A stretch of 64,000 nucleotides of DNA from Paramoeba atlantica (GCA_977017575.1 CDRNVI010000059.1:310001-374000), one strand, 5' to 3'; numbered from the stretch's first letter, positions 47,758 through 59,092 are shown. The notes: a model not told the origin generated them from the letters alone. Numbers and translations: made by a program.

Positions 47758-47811
47758 TTTCCGACTTTTCATATCAAACGAGTTTATAGGTTACGTGCAT
47801 AGAGAGGAAGT

Positions 47812-47892
47812 GCGCTCATACCCAAGTGGTTAAGGGGCCTGACTAGAAATCAGGTGTGTTCTCACGCGTAGGTTCGAATCCTGCTGAGCGCG
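47812..47892 (+). tRNA. tRNA-Ser(AGA)
   Basis: cctga ctAGAaa tcagg, long variable arm, GGTTCGAATCC, T-run terminator. Confidence 0.95.
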
Positions 47893-47949
47893 TTTTCGCT
47901 GCGTTAGCGATTTTACCACGTTGCATCTCCGTTTACGCTCGGCACCCGC

Positions 47950-48022
47950 GGGGGTGTAGCTCACATGGTAGAGCGTGCGCTTAGCATGCGCGAGGCACTG
48001 GGATCGATACCCAGCATCTCCA
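47950..48022 (+). tRNA. tRNA-Ala(AGC)
   Basis: tgcgc ttAGCat gcgcg, G3:U70 pair. Confidence 0.95.
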
Positions 48023-48078
48023 TTTCGCTTCCACAACAAATTTGAGTCCTCATCAGTGATTGTCTATCGAGGATAATC

Positions 48079-48151
48079 GGGCGTGTAGCTCAGTTGGCAG
48101 AGCGCTCGATTCGCATTCGAGAGGCCTAGGGTTCGATTCCCTACCCGTCCA
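48079..48151 (+). tRNA. tRNA-Ala(CGC)
   Basis: ctcga ttCGCat tcgag, G3:U70 pair, GGTTCGATTCC, T5 terminator. One acceptor-stem mismatch. Confidence 0.93.
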
Positions 48152-48519
48152 TTTTTAGCTTTCCTGGCTCTCGCGTTAAAAGCGGTGGGTACTTCCACCG
48201 GAGTCTGTGCAACGGCACTAGCACTATTACCTGTCATGAATTCATCTTATCTTCTTGTCTTACAGTAACTCCAAAAAGTGTTCAAATGTTTCGACATTCT
48301 TTAATGTTTTATTTTTTTAGCAAAGAGAATCAAAGGATAATGCTGTAGTAGGTGGAAGTAACGGACTTTTGCAGAAGTCCTTTTTTGACCACCAACCTCT
48401 TGTTACTGTACCCCTCCCCTACTTATACCGTTACCCCTCCTAGTTATCCAAGTACGCTACTTATCCAAAAAATCGGGTAATTTTTGGAAAACTTATCCAA
48501 CTTTTTGACACGAAGTCAT

Positions 48520-48551
48520 AAGTCCTTGACTTATGCATAAGTCAAGGACTT
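48520..48551. repeat. Perfect 32-bp palindrome made of Merlin-type repeat units
   Basis: aagtccttgacttatg|cataagtcaaggactt; compare cataagtcaagga at 49556-49640. Confidence 0.85.
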
Positions 48552-48944
48552 TTGTACAAGTACTTGACTTCCATCCAATTTATGTATACTTCTATCTTCC
48601 ATTTCTCTTTTGAATTGTCCTGATTATTTATTCTATGAACCATAGTGAGTTTTTAAGACTCCTTCGTTTTATGAATAATATTTCTTACTAGTAATGCACA
48701 ATCGTCACCCAAGTTCTTTATCCCTTGAAGATTTAGTTCGCTCCGGCGAATTGATCCAACTTCAGAGCGGGAGATACTTTTTATGCGACCGAGATCAGGA
48801 TGCGTTGACTACCTTTACCCCTCCACTATCAGATTCTTTCATCTCCTCAGAGCTTCATCTTTATGTTTGCTCTTCTTCGGTACCACCTGATACTCCTATC
48901 GAGGGTGATTTAACATTCGTCGTTTCACCTGTGGTTCTCTGGAG

Positions 48945-49121
48945 TATTCTCAAGCTGTACAAGAATAAACATAGACCAAATACCGTGAGTAAAATAAAGG
49001 AAGTGTGCGATCGATACTTGAAGTCTCCTGCTTGTCTGAAGGAATGTTATAAACTGCACCGTACTTTTAAAAAATGAATGGAAATGGTTATTCTGTACGG
49101 AGGAAAGAAGATCCCTTACTG
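48945..49121 (+). pseudogene. Tc1-like transposase C-terminal remnant
   Basis: KNKHRPNTVSKIKEVCDRYL..LHRTFKK*MEMVILYGGKKIPY resembles the C-terminus of ORF 50290-51303. Confidence 0.7.
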
Positions 49122-49534
49122 AAATACTACAGTGAATATTTCATCCACTTTAGTATTCGATAGAAATTATGCAACTTTCTGCAAGTTTTAGTTCAGAGGA
49201 ACATGTTTAAGTATTTGCATCTCTTTGAAAACCACGTCTGCCTTGGACAAAATTCTCAAAAAAAAAAAAATCTTTTCGATGTCCTTCTTTCAGAGATGAC
49301 ACGTCTTTTGACAAGACACGAGCATTGATGATGAAATCTCCCACACCTAAACCAAAGAGGAGGCTCTCACACTCTCCCAGGATGGCCTGCAGACTCCTCG
49401 GATCTTCCTTTCCTATCAAACCGAGTTATTTTACTTGAAGATTTGAAAAGTTTCACAGGATTTTTTTCACTGCCCAGATGAGCAAATTCTCAGATTTCTG
49501 CCCTTCCTCCCACGTTTATCGCATGCTGTTTGAC

Positions 49535-49832
49535 GGCCAAAGTAAAGGGATATTGCATAAGTCAAGGAATATTGCATAAGTCAAGGAATATTGCATAAGT
49601 CAAGGAATATTGCATAAATCAAGGAATATTGCATAAGTCAAGAAGCACTTCTGTCCTGCTCCCGGTGAGGCCCCGGAGTTGCGAGAGGCCTCCATATCCC
49701 ACAACTACCACCTCCCCCCCCCCCTATTGAGCGGGGGTCGCGCGAGCGATCCCTGATAAATGGGGTGAAGGTGGTAGTTGCTTTGGGGAATATGAGAGGC
49801 CGAACGCACGGAGGGGCCGGCCGGGCCACTGA
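49535..49832. mobile_element. End of a second Merlin-family element: TIR-like 19-bp repeats followed by the hairpin module
   Basis: GGCCAAAGTAAAGGGATATTGCATAAG, then ggaatattgcataagtcaa x4, then the ctcccggtgaggcccc module. Confidence 0.7.
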
Positions 49833-50289
49833 GGTAGGACAGTCCTAGGACCTCCTATGTTACTTCTAGCATGTCAACACGTACAACCGTTATATGAGAA
49901 ATACTTTTACAAGATAGGGGAATGTAATATCTTGCAAATACTAGTGTACAGTGTCGTTCCAGCCATATTGCAACAAACATTTCGCTCTTAGGAAAGGTCC
50001 TCAGGTGAAATAAGTGGTGGAAACGCATCATTTAGGGTCAGGACTTTAGTGCAAAATTAGTTTGTTGAAACAGTTTTAGGATTTTTCAATTTGCTTTTGA
50101 GTCAAAATGTTGGGCGGGAAGTAATTTTAGAACCCAATTTTTGTCGAAAATCTCCTGTAAAAAATTTACGAACGACACTACATAATTGCCCACTAAGGCA
50201 CAACGCATTTGAAAAACGACTGATGAGTTGACAGAAAGATCTATCGTATTTTTTCCACCCCAAATTTTCAAATTTTCATCAACAAGCGT

Positions 50290-51303
50290 CTAGTAAGGAA
50301 TTTTTTTACCTTCTTTCCGAATGCAGAGCTCTAACCTTTTTTTGAATGATGCATGAAGTTTCTGACAATAACCTACGCATGATTCCGACTCCAAATACTC
50401 TTCACATACCGCTTTAATTTGAGAAACGGTTGATGGATTTCTCTTATTCTTTTCGATTTTCATTTTTCTCCACAAATTCTCTATTGGATTTAGGTCGGGA
50501 GAATCCGCTGGCCATTTTGGAAGTACTTTTTTCTCATCGAACGAAGAGTGATATTGTCGGAGAGGCGCCTCAGCACTTTCTGAGCCTACGTACGTCGCCC
50601 ACCATACAGTTGTTCGTTTTGCAGTATGGGGAGGTGCACCGTCATCAACAAGTATTGCTGATGGCTGTGAACGAGAATAAGGTACCCAATTTGCCTCGAG
50701 GATTTGCTTTCTGTAATATACTGACCCAAATTGCTTATTTTGACGTGGCATTTCACCAATTTCGTTAAACACCGTACGACGGATATTTTCATCAGCGTAG
50801 AACCGACGGAAGTCATCACACCAATGATAAATTACCCGGCCTTCAACGTCAATAGCCCCCCATAGCATAACCTTTGTTGGATGATGGGAACAGCCTTTTG
50901 GAACTCTATCTTCAGGACTCTGCCAAGCCCCGCGAGATAGGTCACCAGCGTGAACATTCACCTCATCCGTGAAAACTAGATGACTGAAAAATGTGTCATT
51001 GGACATGTTATTTTCTTTTAGCATGGCATGACAAAAGTCCACACGAGCCTTGCGCTTAGCCTCCGTTAAATGAAGTGTGTGTTCCTTAGAGCGGAAACGA
51101 TATCCATGATAGTAAAGTAGAGCTCTCATTCTTCGTCTAGGAACTAACAAAGGCACTGTGCTGAGTTCCATCATGGTACAACGAAGATTGGTAAGAGTTC
51201 TTTGAGTTGAGGTAACAGCCAAAACTTTGGGTAGTAAGTCTTTGGCATTCTGATACCCTGACCAACTCTGCAAAGTGTTTCGTGTCGATGAAAGCTGATT
51301 CAT
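50290..51303 (-). CDS. Tc1/IS630-family transposase, DD53E spacing
   Basis: VFTDE, KVMLWGAI, LVDDGAPPH, WPADSPDLNPIENLW. Possible TIR TA|CAGTGTCG at 49947; the partner end was not found. Confidence 0.9.
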   Translation of the reverse strand: MNQLSSTRNTLQSWSGYQNAKDLLPKVLAVTSTQRTLTNLRCTMMELSTVPLLVPRRRMRALLYYHGYRFRSKEHTLHLTEAKRKARVDFCHAMLKENNMSNDTFFSHLVFTDEVNVHAGDLSRGAWQSPEDRVPKGCSHHPTKVMLWGAIDVEGRVIYHWCDDFRRFYADENIRRTVFNEIGEMPRQNKQFGSVYYRKQILEANWVPYSRSQPSAILVDDGAPPHTAKRTTVWWATYVGSESAEAPLRQYHSSFDEKKVLPKWPADSPDLNPIENLWRKMKIEKNKRNPSTVSQIKAVCEEYLESESCVGYCQKLHASFKKRLELCIRKEGKKIPY

Positions 51304-52134
51304 TCGCTCGCTTCTCCTCCCCCTTCATTTCCCCTGAATAAAAAGTTCTCCTCCCGTAGACGAGCTATAGAAAGTATCAATCTGGTCTCGTTCTTTTTTA
51401 GAATTTCGCACTGTTCTTTATAATATTCACAGAGCTCGTTATATTTATTTAATTCTCCTTTTAAAAGAGTCAGTTCTATTGTCGGCTCACGCTCGCGCTT
51501 ACTCGCATCACTCAAAAGCGTACTTTTCTCGTCTACTTTGCTCTTTAACCTTTTTACCTGAGCTTTGAGGTTCTGCTGCTTTCGCCGAAGTGTTTGGATG
51601 CTTGTATTTTTTAAAGAGAGGTTACTTTCCAGGCTGTCAATCTCACGCTCATAATGCTCGATTCCGGGCAAGGGGTTAGAGAGCTCAATGGGCTCAACAC
51701 TAATAATTTCCTCCAAAACCGTCTCGTTTTTGGTTTCTGCGATAATCTCGTCAGTGACTTCGTATTCTGTGGCCGTTCCCTCTAACAGATCCATAAGCTG
51801 TCCTTCGTAGATAACAAGGGTGCACCTTGAGACCAGAAGCGGAATCAGACGTGGAACGAGGCGGTGATGGAGGATTTTGACCGGCCTGAGCAGTTTCTTG
51901 GGACCAGCCGGTAATGAGAGATGATACATCTTCATTGGTGTCACTTTGGTCGGTGCTATAACCGGACGAGCAAGAAACTTCATCGTCCGGGTCCCAATCA
52001 GAATCATCACCCTCTGAGCCCGTGGTGATGTCTGAAGTAGCAAATGTTCCTTCAGTTTCGCTTGAGCAAGAATGTTCCGATGATCCCCTAGTCGAGAAAT
52101 CCGACTCACTATCCAGCTTAAAGCTAATACTCAT
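51300..52134 (-). pseudogene. Acidic plus coiled-coil ORF (one frameshift) abutting the transposase by an ATGA overlap
   Basis: The D/S-rich frame 52134-51751 shifts into the heptad-rich frame that ends at 51300. Confidence 0.45.
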
Positions 52135-52280
52135 GGAGGTGGAAGGTTGGCTAAAAAGAAAAAAATCTACAAAAAAATGTGATTAAAGCAGCAAAGCAGA
52201 GCTAAATTACGTATTATTAATGGAATAAGCACGTGATGCGCAAAAACCAAAAGCTTTGCGTAATTTTGCACTATACCTTA

Positions 52281-54346
52281 CTGTGACACCCCCCTTTAAT
52301 ATGCACCCCCTTCCCTCCCCCCCTTAATATGCACAAATTTTGGTGAAAGGGGACTTTTTTTCCTCCCAAAAAAAAATAATTTTTCTCACGGTGGTTGCGC
52401 AGACAAAATTTCAGTTCGCCAATATCACAAAGCATGTTGACGTATTGGCCGACCGAACAGGACAACCCAACTTGGTCGAAACCACATTACCTGTTTCCAG
52501 AGACGCATGTTATGATTCTTATCTAGTCTTTTCTTGTGGTGCAAAAGGGATGATCGTAATCCTTGTGGTGCTCCTGTACCTTCGGAAATTTCGTATAGAT
52601 GCTCCAACATTTGGCAAACGTGTGTGGCCATAGGAGTATCTTTGCTTTCACTAAATTCCTTGAGTGCCGCATGTAGTTCACTACACTCGCTCCAAAAAAA
52701 TTCACACTGCTTCTGAATGCATTGTGAGCCGTATTTAGTCAAGATTTTTTGACACCGCTTAATGGAATTAGAATCTCGTGGCCCTTTTTTCGCTTCTTCG
52801 ATGAATAACTGAATAGTTTGCAAATAGTTTTCCAGAAATTCCATGGACGTGAACTTGTCGGAGCACCAGAGAGTAACCCCTCCAAGTTTCGGAGTAACGA
52901 CGCCATGCTACATGCGAGCACTGGTCATGGTGTTCAAAAATTTTGGACCACACTCTGAAAATATTCGATGTTTTTCCTGGAAATCGTTTTCCCCAAGGTT
53001 CAAAAGTTTCTCCTGCACTTCACTAACTTCCTGTAGTATCACTTGCTTGAGCACACAAAGGCTTTCGCGCAACTTTTCCGCCAAATTGGTTTTCCATGCT
53101 GTCGGAGAAATTGTTCCAAGAACCAGGTAGCACTGCTTTAGAAGTGCCTCAGCTCGCATTACGTTGGAATCGAATCGTACCAGCAAGTGGGATAAAGCAA
53201 TTCCTCTGTATTTTCCCTTTGTGGCACTCGCCTTGCCCCCTGAAAAAAGGGCCTTCGAAAAGCTTCTTTTAAATTTAAAGGCTGGAGACGATTCGTAGGG
53301 TTGAAACGCCGTTTTGCAGACATTATTTAACATGTGTCCTATACAAGATAATAGTGACACACGGTACTTTTGATTTATTCCGCGCTGTATGTTTCCTAGG
53401 TCCTCTTCTCCCACCGGGTCAATACGATCGTAAATGGATTTTAAGAAACCTTCGCAATTCACACGGGCAACATGGTTGACAGTGGCGCCATCCACCATCA
53501 AGAACTTAAGCTTTAGCAGGCGTTCCTCGCCTAGGTTACTGGAAAGTTGCCGGTTGATTTCTGCATCCCACTTTTTTAGTTGAGATTTAGAATGCACTGT
53601 GTATAATTCACCAAAGGTTCTTCTCATCCATTGTTGTACTGTTGCCATAGCTTTGTGGTGCGTTTGAGACATTTCTGTGGTGCGTTCGCCATTTCTGTTT
53701 TGAAAACAGTCTTATGCTTCACAACGAAAGGAACATCGCGGCGTACGTTTCTCCGAGAATCTAGAACGACTCTAGAACGCTTGGCAACTTTTACTTTACG
53801 GGCCCCACTGGAATCAACCAAACCTTCCTCGTTATCACTGCCGTCATCAGTGGTAGAACCCCATCAGGGGTTTCGAGGCTAACATTTTTTATATCGCTAC
53901 CATGTTCTTCATCGGAAGAAACAGAATTCACTTCACTATCGTCATCGCTTGAGCCTTCTACGATCCCTAGGCCGTAACCGCGCCGTTCTTGTGCATTCTC
54001 TAAAGATAGATACAAAAGATTCTCTATGTAGCCAGGCACAAAGGCATCCATGGAATATAATTTGAGAAAACTTTCAGGTGGCAGAATACTAAAAAAATTG
54101 GAATAATAAGTGTATTTTGGAATAATAAAAAAATTAGTGCCCGGCTATCTCCGGGAGGGTACGTCCCTATGGGATACATGCCCTTAAAATCAATCAATCA
54201 ATCAAGTTCGAAAAACGCACAGGAAATAAAGGCGCCGCGAAGCGGCGCAATTTTTTTCCCGGAGGGGCTGGTTCTTCCCCCTCTTACCCCCCCCCTTAAT
54301 ATGCACAAACCCCAAAAACGTGTGCATATAAAGGGGGGGGTCACAG
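52281..54346 (-). mobile_element. 2066-bp TA-duplicating DNA transposon with a disrupted hAT-like (CxxH) transposase
   Basis: TIR CTGTGAC(A/C)CCCCCCTTT with TA flanks. MVDGATVN, CIGHMLNN, VTLWCS. Two frameshifts and an in-frame TAG at 52908. Confidence 0.8.
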
Positions 54347-54489
54347 TATAAGAATATGAGAAACCTAGAAAAAACCGCATTTAAAAAGCTCATTTTATGC
54401 TTTCTAAAAGTTTGTTGCAAGGATTCGAAATGGGACTGGAGAAGAATATGAGTGTTGCTAACGTGGACAATTCTGGAAGGAGTAGCATC

Positions 54490-54787
54490 CTATTCATCTG
54501 TTTCCTCTTCGTCGTCCCGGAGAAAACATACCTGGGCGCAAAACATGCGAATGTCTTGGAAGATGCGACGAATACGGGAGTTGCCATTGACCGTTAGAGA
54601 ACCATTCGCAAGTTCAGCAAAGAGCTTCATGCGGTTGGTGCGGACGTCCTCTGCATTGCCAAGGCGACCGCCCCGACTTTTTAGCTCCTTTTTGAGACTT
54701 GAATTTGCTGCCTCCACGGTGTTCGTGTGAACACCAGTTGCAGCAACCCACTCCTTCTTGTGGTTTAATACACCATGGCGCCACTCT
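54490..54787 (-). pseudogene. Merlin transposase C-terminal fragment, second subfamily
   Basis: REWRHGVLNHKKEWVAATGVHTNTVEAANSSLKKELKSRGGRLG. Fused directly to the arm sequence at 54790-55258. Confidence 0.8.
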
Positions 54788-56373
54788 CTACTTTTTACAA
54801 AGTCAAGGGTCTCTAAATTTTTACAAAGTCAAGGGTGGTATATTTCTCGAAAATATACGATTTTTTTTTATTTGTTACGTGCCTCATAGATTTGTATCCC
54901 CGGGAAAATGGAATACCGAACATATGGACGCTATAACGTACCCTAATCTGTCACTTTGAACTACTTTTACTTCAAATGAACACTTCACATATAAGGGGTG
55001 ACCCTTCTAAAATGCTCTAAAATGGCCACTTTTCGTGGATTTTGCTTAAAAAAGCCCATTTTCACCTGTTTTTGGCTACTTTGGCGGGGTCACCGCCTAT
55101 ATGCAACTTTTCCATTTTTAGAAAATGTGATGTGCGTATATACTTTGGAGTCTCATCTACAAGGAAAAGGATTTGTAAGTTCCAATACAGGTGGGATCTT
55201 GCCAGGAGAAATTTTTCAAAAGTTAAAAAAAAATTAGAGGGGCTCTGCAATATTCCTATAAAGATAAGATAAAGATATCCCGTTTGGCCGACTAGGGCTA
55301 TGGGATCGTAGCAGGAATCTCCGTTACAGAGAAACCTCTACGTCGGTCTGAGTCTCTTTTTAAGTGGGGCTGAGCAACCTCTCCGTTTCCGGAAGAGTAC
55401 GGGCGTCAGAATCTCACCACCGAAAACTCATCAAGGGACGTAGAGTGAGGACGCACTCATTCACCAGCGATCCCAAAGGGACGACCAGTGCCCTGAACGG
55501 GTTACCACTTTTGAGAGCAGTTACGATAAAGTAAAGTGTCGAAGCACTTCATACAAGTACGAGGGCAAACTTACCAACGAAGTTTGCTCTTTACTTCGAT
55601 CAGATATAAACTATACTATTCGGTATATACTATTCTCTGACAGTCACTGAAGGTCAGGATGACTATAAATAGGACGAAGTGAAGTGGGGGGCGAAGCACT
55701 GGAGTTCAAACTTACTGTACAAAGGTGTTACACAAAAAAGTAAATGGAACTTTTGGTTGCGTGAAACCATCTTTAATAATGCCTTCAGACACTTGAATTA
55801 AAGAATTTACTCAACTTTTGCTGTTTCGGATCTTCGGACGCGGCGCCGGTTTTTGGATAGCGAGAAGACATGTTTTTATGAATTTGAAATTTCCGCTTCA
55901 GAATATTTCGCCCAACATCATTCCCTTTTTTGATTTAATATTTTCCTGAACTTTTGTGGCGTAAAAATATTTCTACATGATAATTTAGAATTGTAAAATC
56001 AATGCCTAAGTAAATTCAGTGATAGTTCGTATATAGATTTATATTGTATGCAACCTAAATGCTAAATATTTCTAAAACGATATACATTAAGTAAGTTCAT
56101 AAAATATCCGGCTAATTTCCACTATAATTTTTCATCACCTGCCCAACTTACGAATGGGAAATTTCTCGTCTACAGTTCGTTCTCCAGTCGCAAAGGAGGA
56201 AGAAAGAGGAAATCTTAGAAGATCAAAGATAAATATCTTTATTTATCTAAGCTAAATCGGAAAGAAGGAAATCCTAGAAGATCTTCGTGGAGCCCAGAGT
56301 ATCGCGTCATCCTCGTGTGCCCACACGCTTCGGGAGAGATCAAAACGGGTAATTTTCGCTATATTTTGATTAT

Positions 56374-57203
56374 TCAAAGGAGGACCGATGCATTTTGCCT
56401 GCCCATTGCGATGGCCGTGGTCTCGTTTATCCCTGAGTATCGTAGTAGAGTACTGAGATGCTTGTGGTTTGCAATTCTCATGACATGCTCGAGTTCCACT
56501 TTCCCCTGAGCCATGTACCGCATCAGCGTACGTACTGCTCCGTGCTTGATTGAGTGGGAAGAGAATGCGTTGCCGAACTTGGCCCGAAGAAACTGTGTTA
56601 CTTGCATTGTTGTCACTGGAGCCACCTTTTGCCGTGGGCGAAGGTGACGAATATAATCGTAAATCTCTTGTAAATACTTTCCCTCGATCACTACGAAGCT
56701 GTCTGGGCGGTAAGGCTGATTTTTGTCGTTTTGGTTTTGCGCCCCCAGTAAATGACTATTCTGGTCGGAGTTAACAGTATGAAATCTTGTCTTGTTAGGT
56801 TCGCCACTTCTCCAATTCGTGAAGCTGTTTTGTATGCGATTTTTACGACCGCAGCCACATCGAAGGGCACGGTCCGAACAGCGAGTTCGAGATTCCAAGG
56901 TGATATTGGCTCCGCTTGATGTATTGGTTCTGCTGCCCCTTGTCTCGTTAAGACCTTTGCGTACATCTCGGCTCTGTGAGGTTTTGCATCGATCTCCTTC
57001 AAAACTGACATTAAATGGCTTAAGTACGTTCTTTTTGTTTGTATCGACACATCCAGGGATCTGATATAAGAGACGATACCCTCGTCGTTTAAGGCATAAT
57101 TTTTTGTGCTCAGGCCCCTTAGCAGACGTATCCTTGTCTCCCATGTTCTGGGTGTCCAACAATTTTTTAAATCATCGCGTGTCGTTTCGCTCTTTGCCTT
57201 CAA
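56374..57203 (-). pseudogene. Tyrosine recombinase (VIPER/TATE-like), one frameshift near 56720
   Basis: TASRIGE (R), KTKT (K), SHSIKHGA, ANH (H) and LLRY (Y). Confidence 0.85.
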
Positions 57204-57669
57204 GACGTGCTTCAGAAAATAGTCTGCCTTTTTGTCTCATGATTCCGTCATTGCTGGAATTAATACGTTCAGATGATCTACTTGCGATACTTTCGTTCGG
57301 ACAAGCGTTGAATAAGATGGCCGGAATCTTCGAGCTACAGGAGCGCAACTGTTGACCTGTGACGTTTTGATAATTCCCGTGGTTTTTTTCTTTTTCTGTT
57401 CTCTCAGAGACATATTTTCCGTATGTTGCGCTGTTTCCCGTTTTGTGATTTCTATTTGCTGGACGTGGTTTGCCGATGTTATTAGATGTGCATTGTTTGT
57501 TCGCGTTGCTGGACACGTTTCCTGGGGGAGAGTCATATAATCGGCTTGTTTTAGTAATTGATAAGTTTGGGGAAGGAGCGTATAACTTACTGGTTGTAAT
57601 TGACGTACTCGTTTTGCTGTATGGTTTGAAAACTGGCTTTCTGCCGGGAGGCGGACTGTAGCTAGTCAT
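57172..57669 (-). CDS. Low-complexity ORF linking the gag-like ORF and the recombinase
   Basis: 165 aa, S/T/N/K-rich. Starts by ATGA overlap with the upstream stop and overlaps the YR start. Confidence 0.4.
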   Translation of the reverse strand: MTSYSPPPGRKPVFKPYSKTSTSITTSKLYAPSPNLSITKTSRLYDSPPGNVSSNANKQCTSNNIGKPRPANRNHKTGNSATYGKYVSERTEKEKNHGNYQNVTGQQLRSCSSKIPAILFNACPNESIASRSSERINSSNDGIMRQKGRLFSEARLEGKERNDTR

Positions 57670-58589
57670 CTTGTTGCGCCAGGCCCCCCTGTGGAAAAAT
57701 CCTGACCACCACGGTAGCGTATTCCAGGTCTCCCTCGTGAGTATGATCTACCACGTCCACCTGCGAATCCCCGAGAATAAGCACGTGAATAAGAAGGGAA
57801 ATAATTTGACTGAGTATTAGGGTATTGTGACCTGAAACTGTACCGATAAGGAGCTTGAGCTCTGTTGTAATCAATACTCCGGCGCAACATAGTACCCAAA
57901 CTATCGTTTGGCTCACAAGAATTCGAATACTGTGTAACGATGTACTGGGAGTCACCTCCTCTCATAATGGCAAGTTTCATGCGCAACATATCAAGAACGT
58001 GTTGTCCTTGTTGCGCATGCGCTGGGTACATGTGGGCATCAATGCCTCCACGTGCAAATGCGTCTCGAAGAAAATACATTAAAGCATCCCATGCCTCCAA
58101 CACTGATTGTGGCATGCTCACAGGCACATGCAATTCCGAGCGAATTCGCTGGACCAGGATCTCTAGTGCGAACTTGTTGTCCGAAGAGAAATATACATTA
58201 TAAGTCTTAATGTCATAAATTTTGAACTGGAGTTCCTTGACATCATTCTCTGGTCCATCCCCCCCACACTTCATGAGTTCAATGCGTTTGTATTTTACTC
58301 CTGCATTTGGAATTGAGTAGACACAGCCATTCCGAAATATCACGTCCAGCTTAACCCTACCTTGTTCATCCAATACTGCGCGCGGTGAACCAATCCATGT
58401 TGCGTCACGTTCCGGGCCAAAAGTTTCGCTGTACCAGGTGACCTTGATCTCACAATCACGTACTTCTAAAGCGGCAGCGATTTCGTTTATTTTGTCTCCC
58501 AGTTCGTGGTCTGTCATCGTGGAAGCTCCGTAAAGGGCAGGATCGATTGCAATTGAGGTCGTGACTGTGGTTGAGTATTGCTCCGTCAC
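57666..58589 (-). CDS. Gag-like ORF1 of the YR element
   Basis: 307 aa, located upstream of the YR. N-terminal VTW..TWIG..V....P..V.Y domain, RGG/RGR-rich C-terminus. Confidence 0.6.
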   Translation of the reverse strand: MTEQYSTTVTTSIAIDPALYGASTMTDHELGDKINEIAAALEVRDCEIKVTWYSETFGPERDATWIGSPRAVLDEQGRVKLDVIFRNGCVYSIPNAGVKYKRIELMKCGGDGPENDVKELQFKIYDIKTYNVYFSSDNKFALEILVQRIRSELHVPVSMPQSVLEAWDALMYFLRDAFARGGIDAHMYPAHAQQGQHVLDMLRMKLAIMRGGDSQYIVTQYSNSCEPNDSLGTMLRRSIDYNRAQAPYRYSFRSQYPNTQSNYFPSYSRAYSRGFAGGRGRSYSRGRPGIRYRGGQDFSTGGPGATR

Positions 58590-58900
58590 CTTAAATGTTT
58601 CACTTAATTAAAGGAAACTGATAACTTTAATGTATTCTGACTTCCTGCTCCCTTAATAATACGTGTACGACCTTTCTTATCTTTCTTTCCTTCTGCAAGT
58701 GGGTGGAGTTGGGGGCGCTTAACGTGCCGCAGAAGGACCTCTTTTTCTTCTCCGCAAATCCTTCATAGATTTAATATGTTGAAATTCTTCGGCAGATAGT
58801 AAAGAATTTTTGATCAGAGATTGAGCGCGGTAAACCTACCAACGTCAAGCCCACGTTTGCTTAGTTTGGCCACTAATGGTGGTGCAAATGTCTTCGAACT

Positions 58901-59092
58901 TTACACGCCATGGCACTGTGGGCATAGATTCTTCCCAACAGGGACACAATTTTCAGCACAATGCTGGCAGGCTTCTAAAAATAATCTTGATTTGTCTCCT
59001 CGTGAGTAGCAATCCAGACAGGAAGAATTGTTGAGAACGCTGAACAACGTCTCTCTGTCGCAAACGGGGCAATACTTTTTTATTGTGGCCAT
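58901..59092 (-). CDS. 63-aa protein with four CxxC pairs (putative double zinc ribbon)
   Basis: CPVC, CLDC, CQHC, CPQC; ATG start. Confidence 0.4.
   Translation of the reverse strand: MATIKKYCPVCDRETLFSVLNNSSCLDCYSRGDKSRLFLEACQHCAENCVPVGKNLCPQCHGV

Noticed and set aside
15884-49640. CRISPR-like arrays (96-, 25-, 19- and 17-bp repeats)
   Set aside because: The units are directly adjacent with no unique spacers, there are no cas genes, and the context is eukaryotic.
49535-55290. A second fully bounded Merlin element
   Set aside because: The left end and an arm are present, but the right terminus is degenerate (gatatcccgtttggcc) and no 8-9-bp TSD matches. Reported as pieces only.
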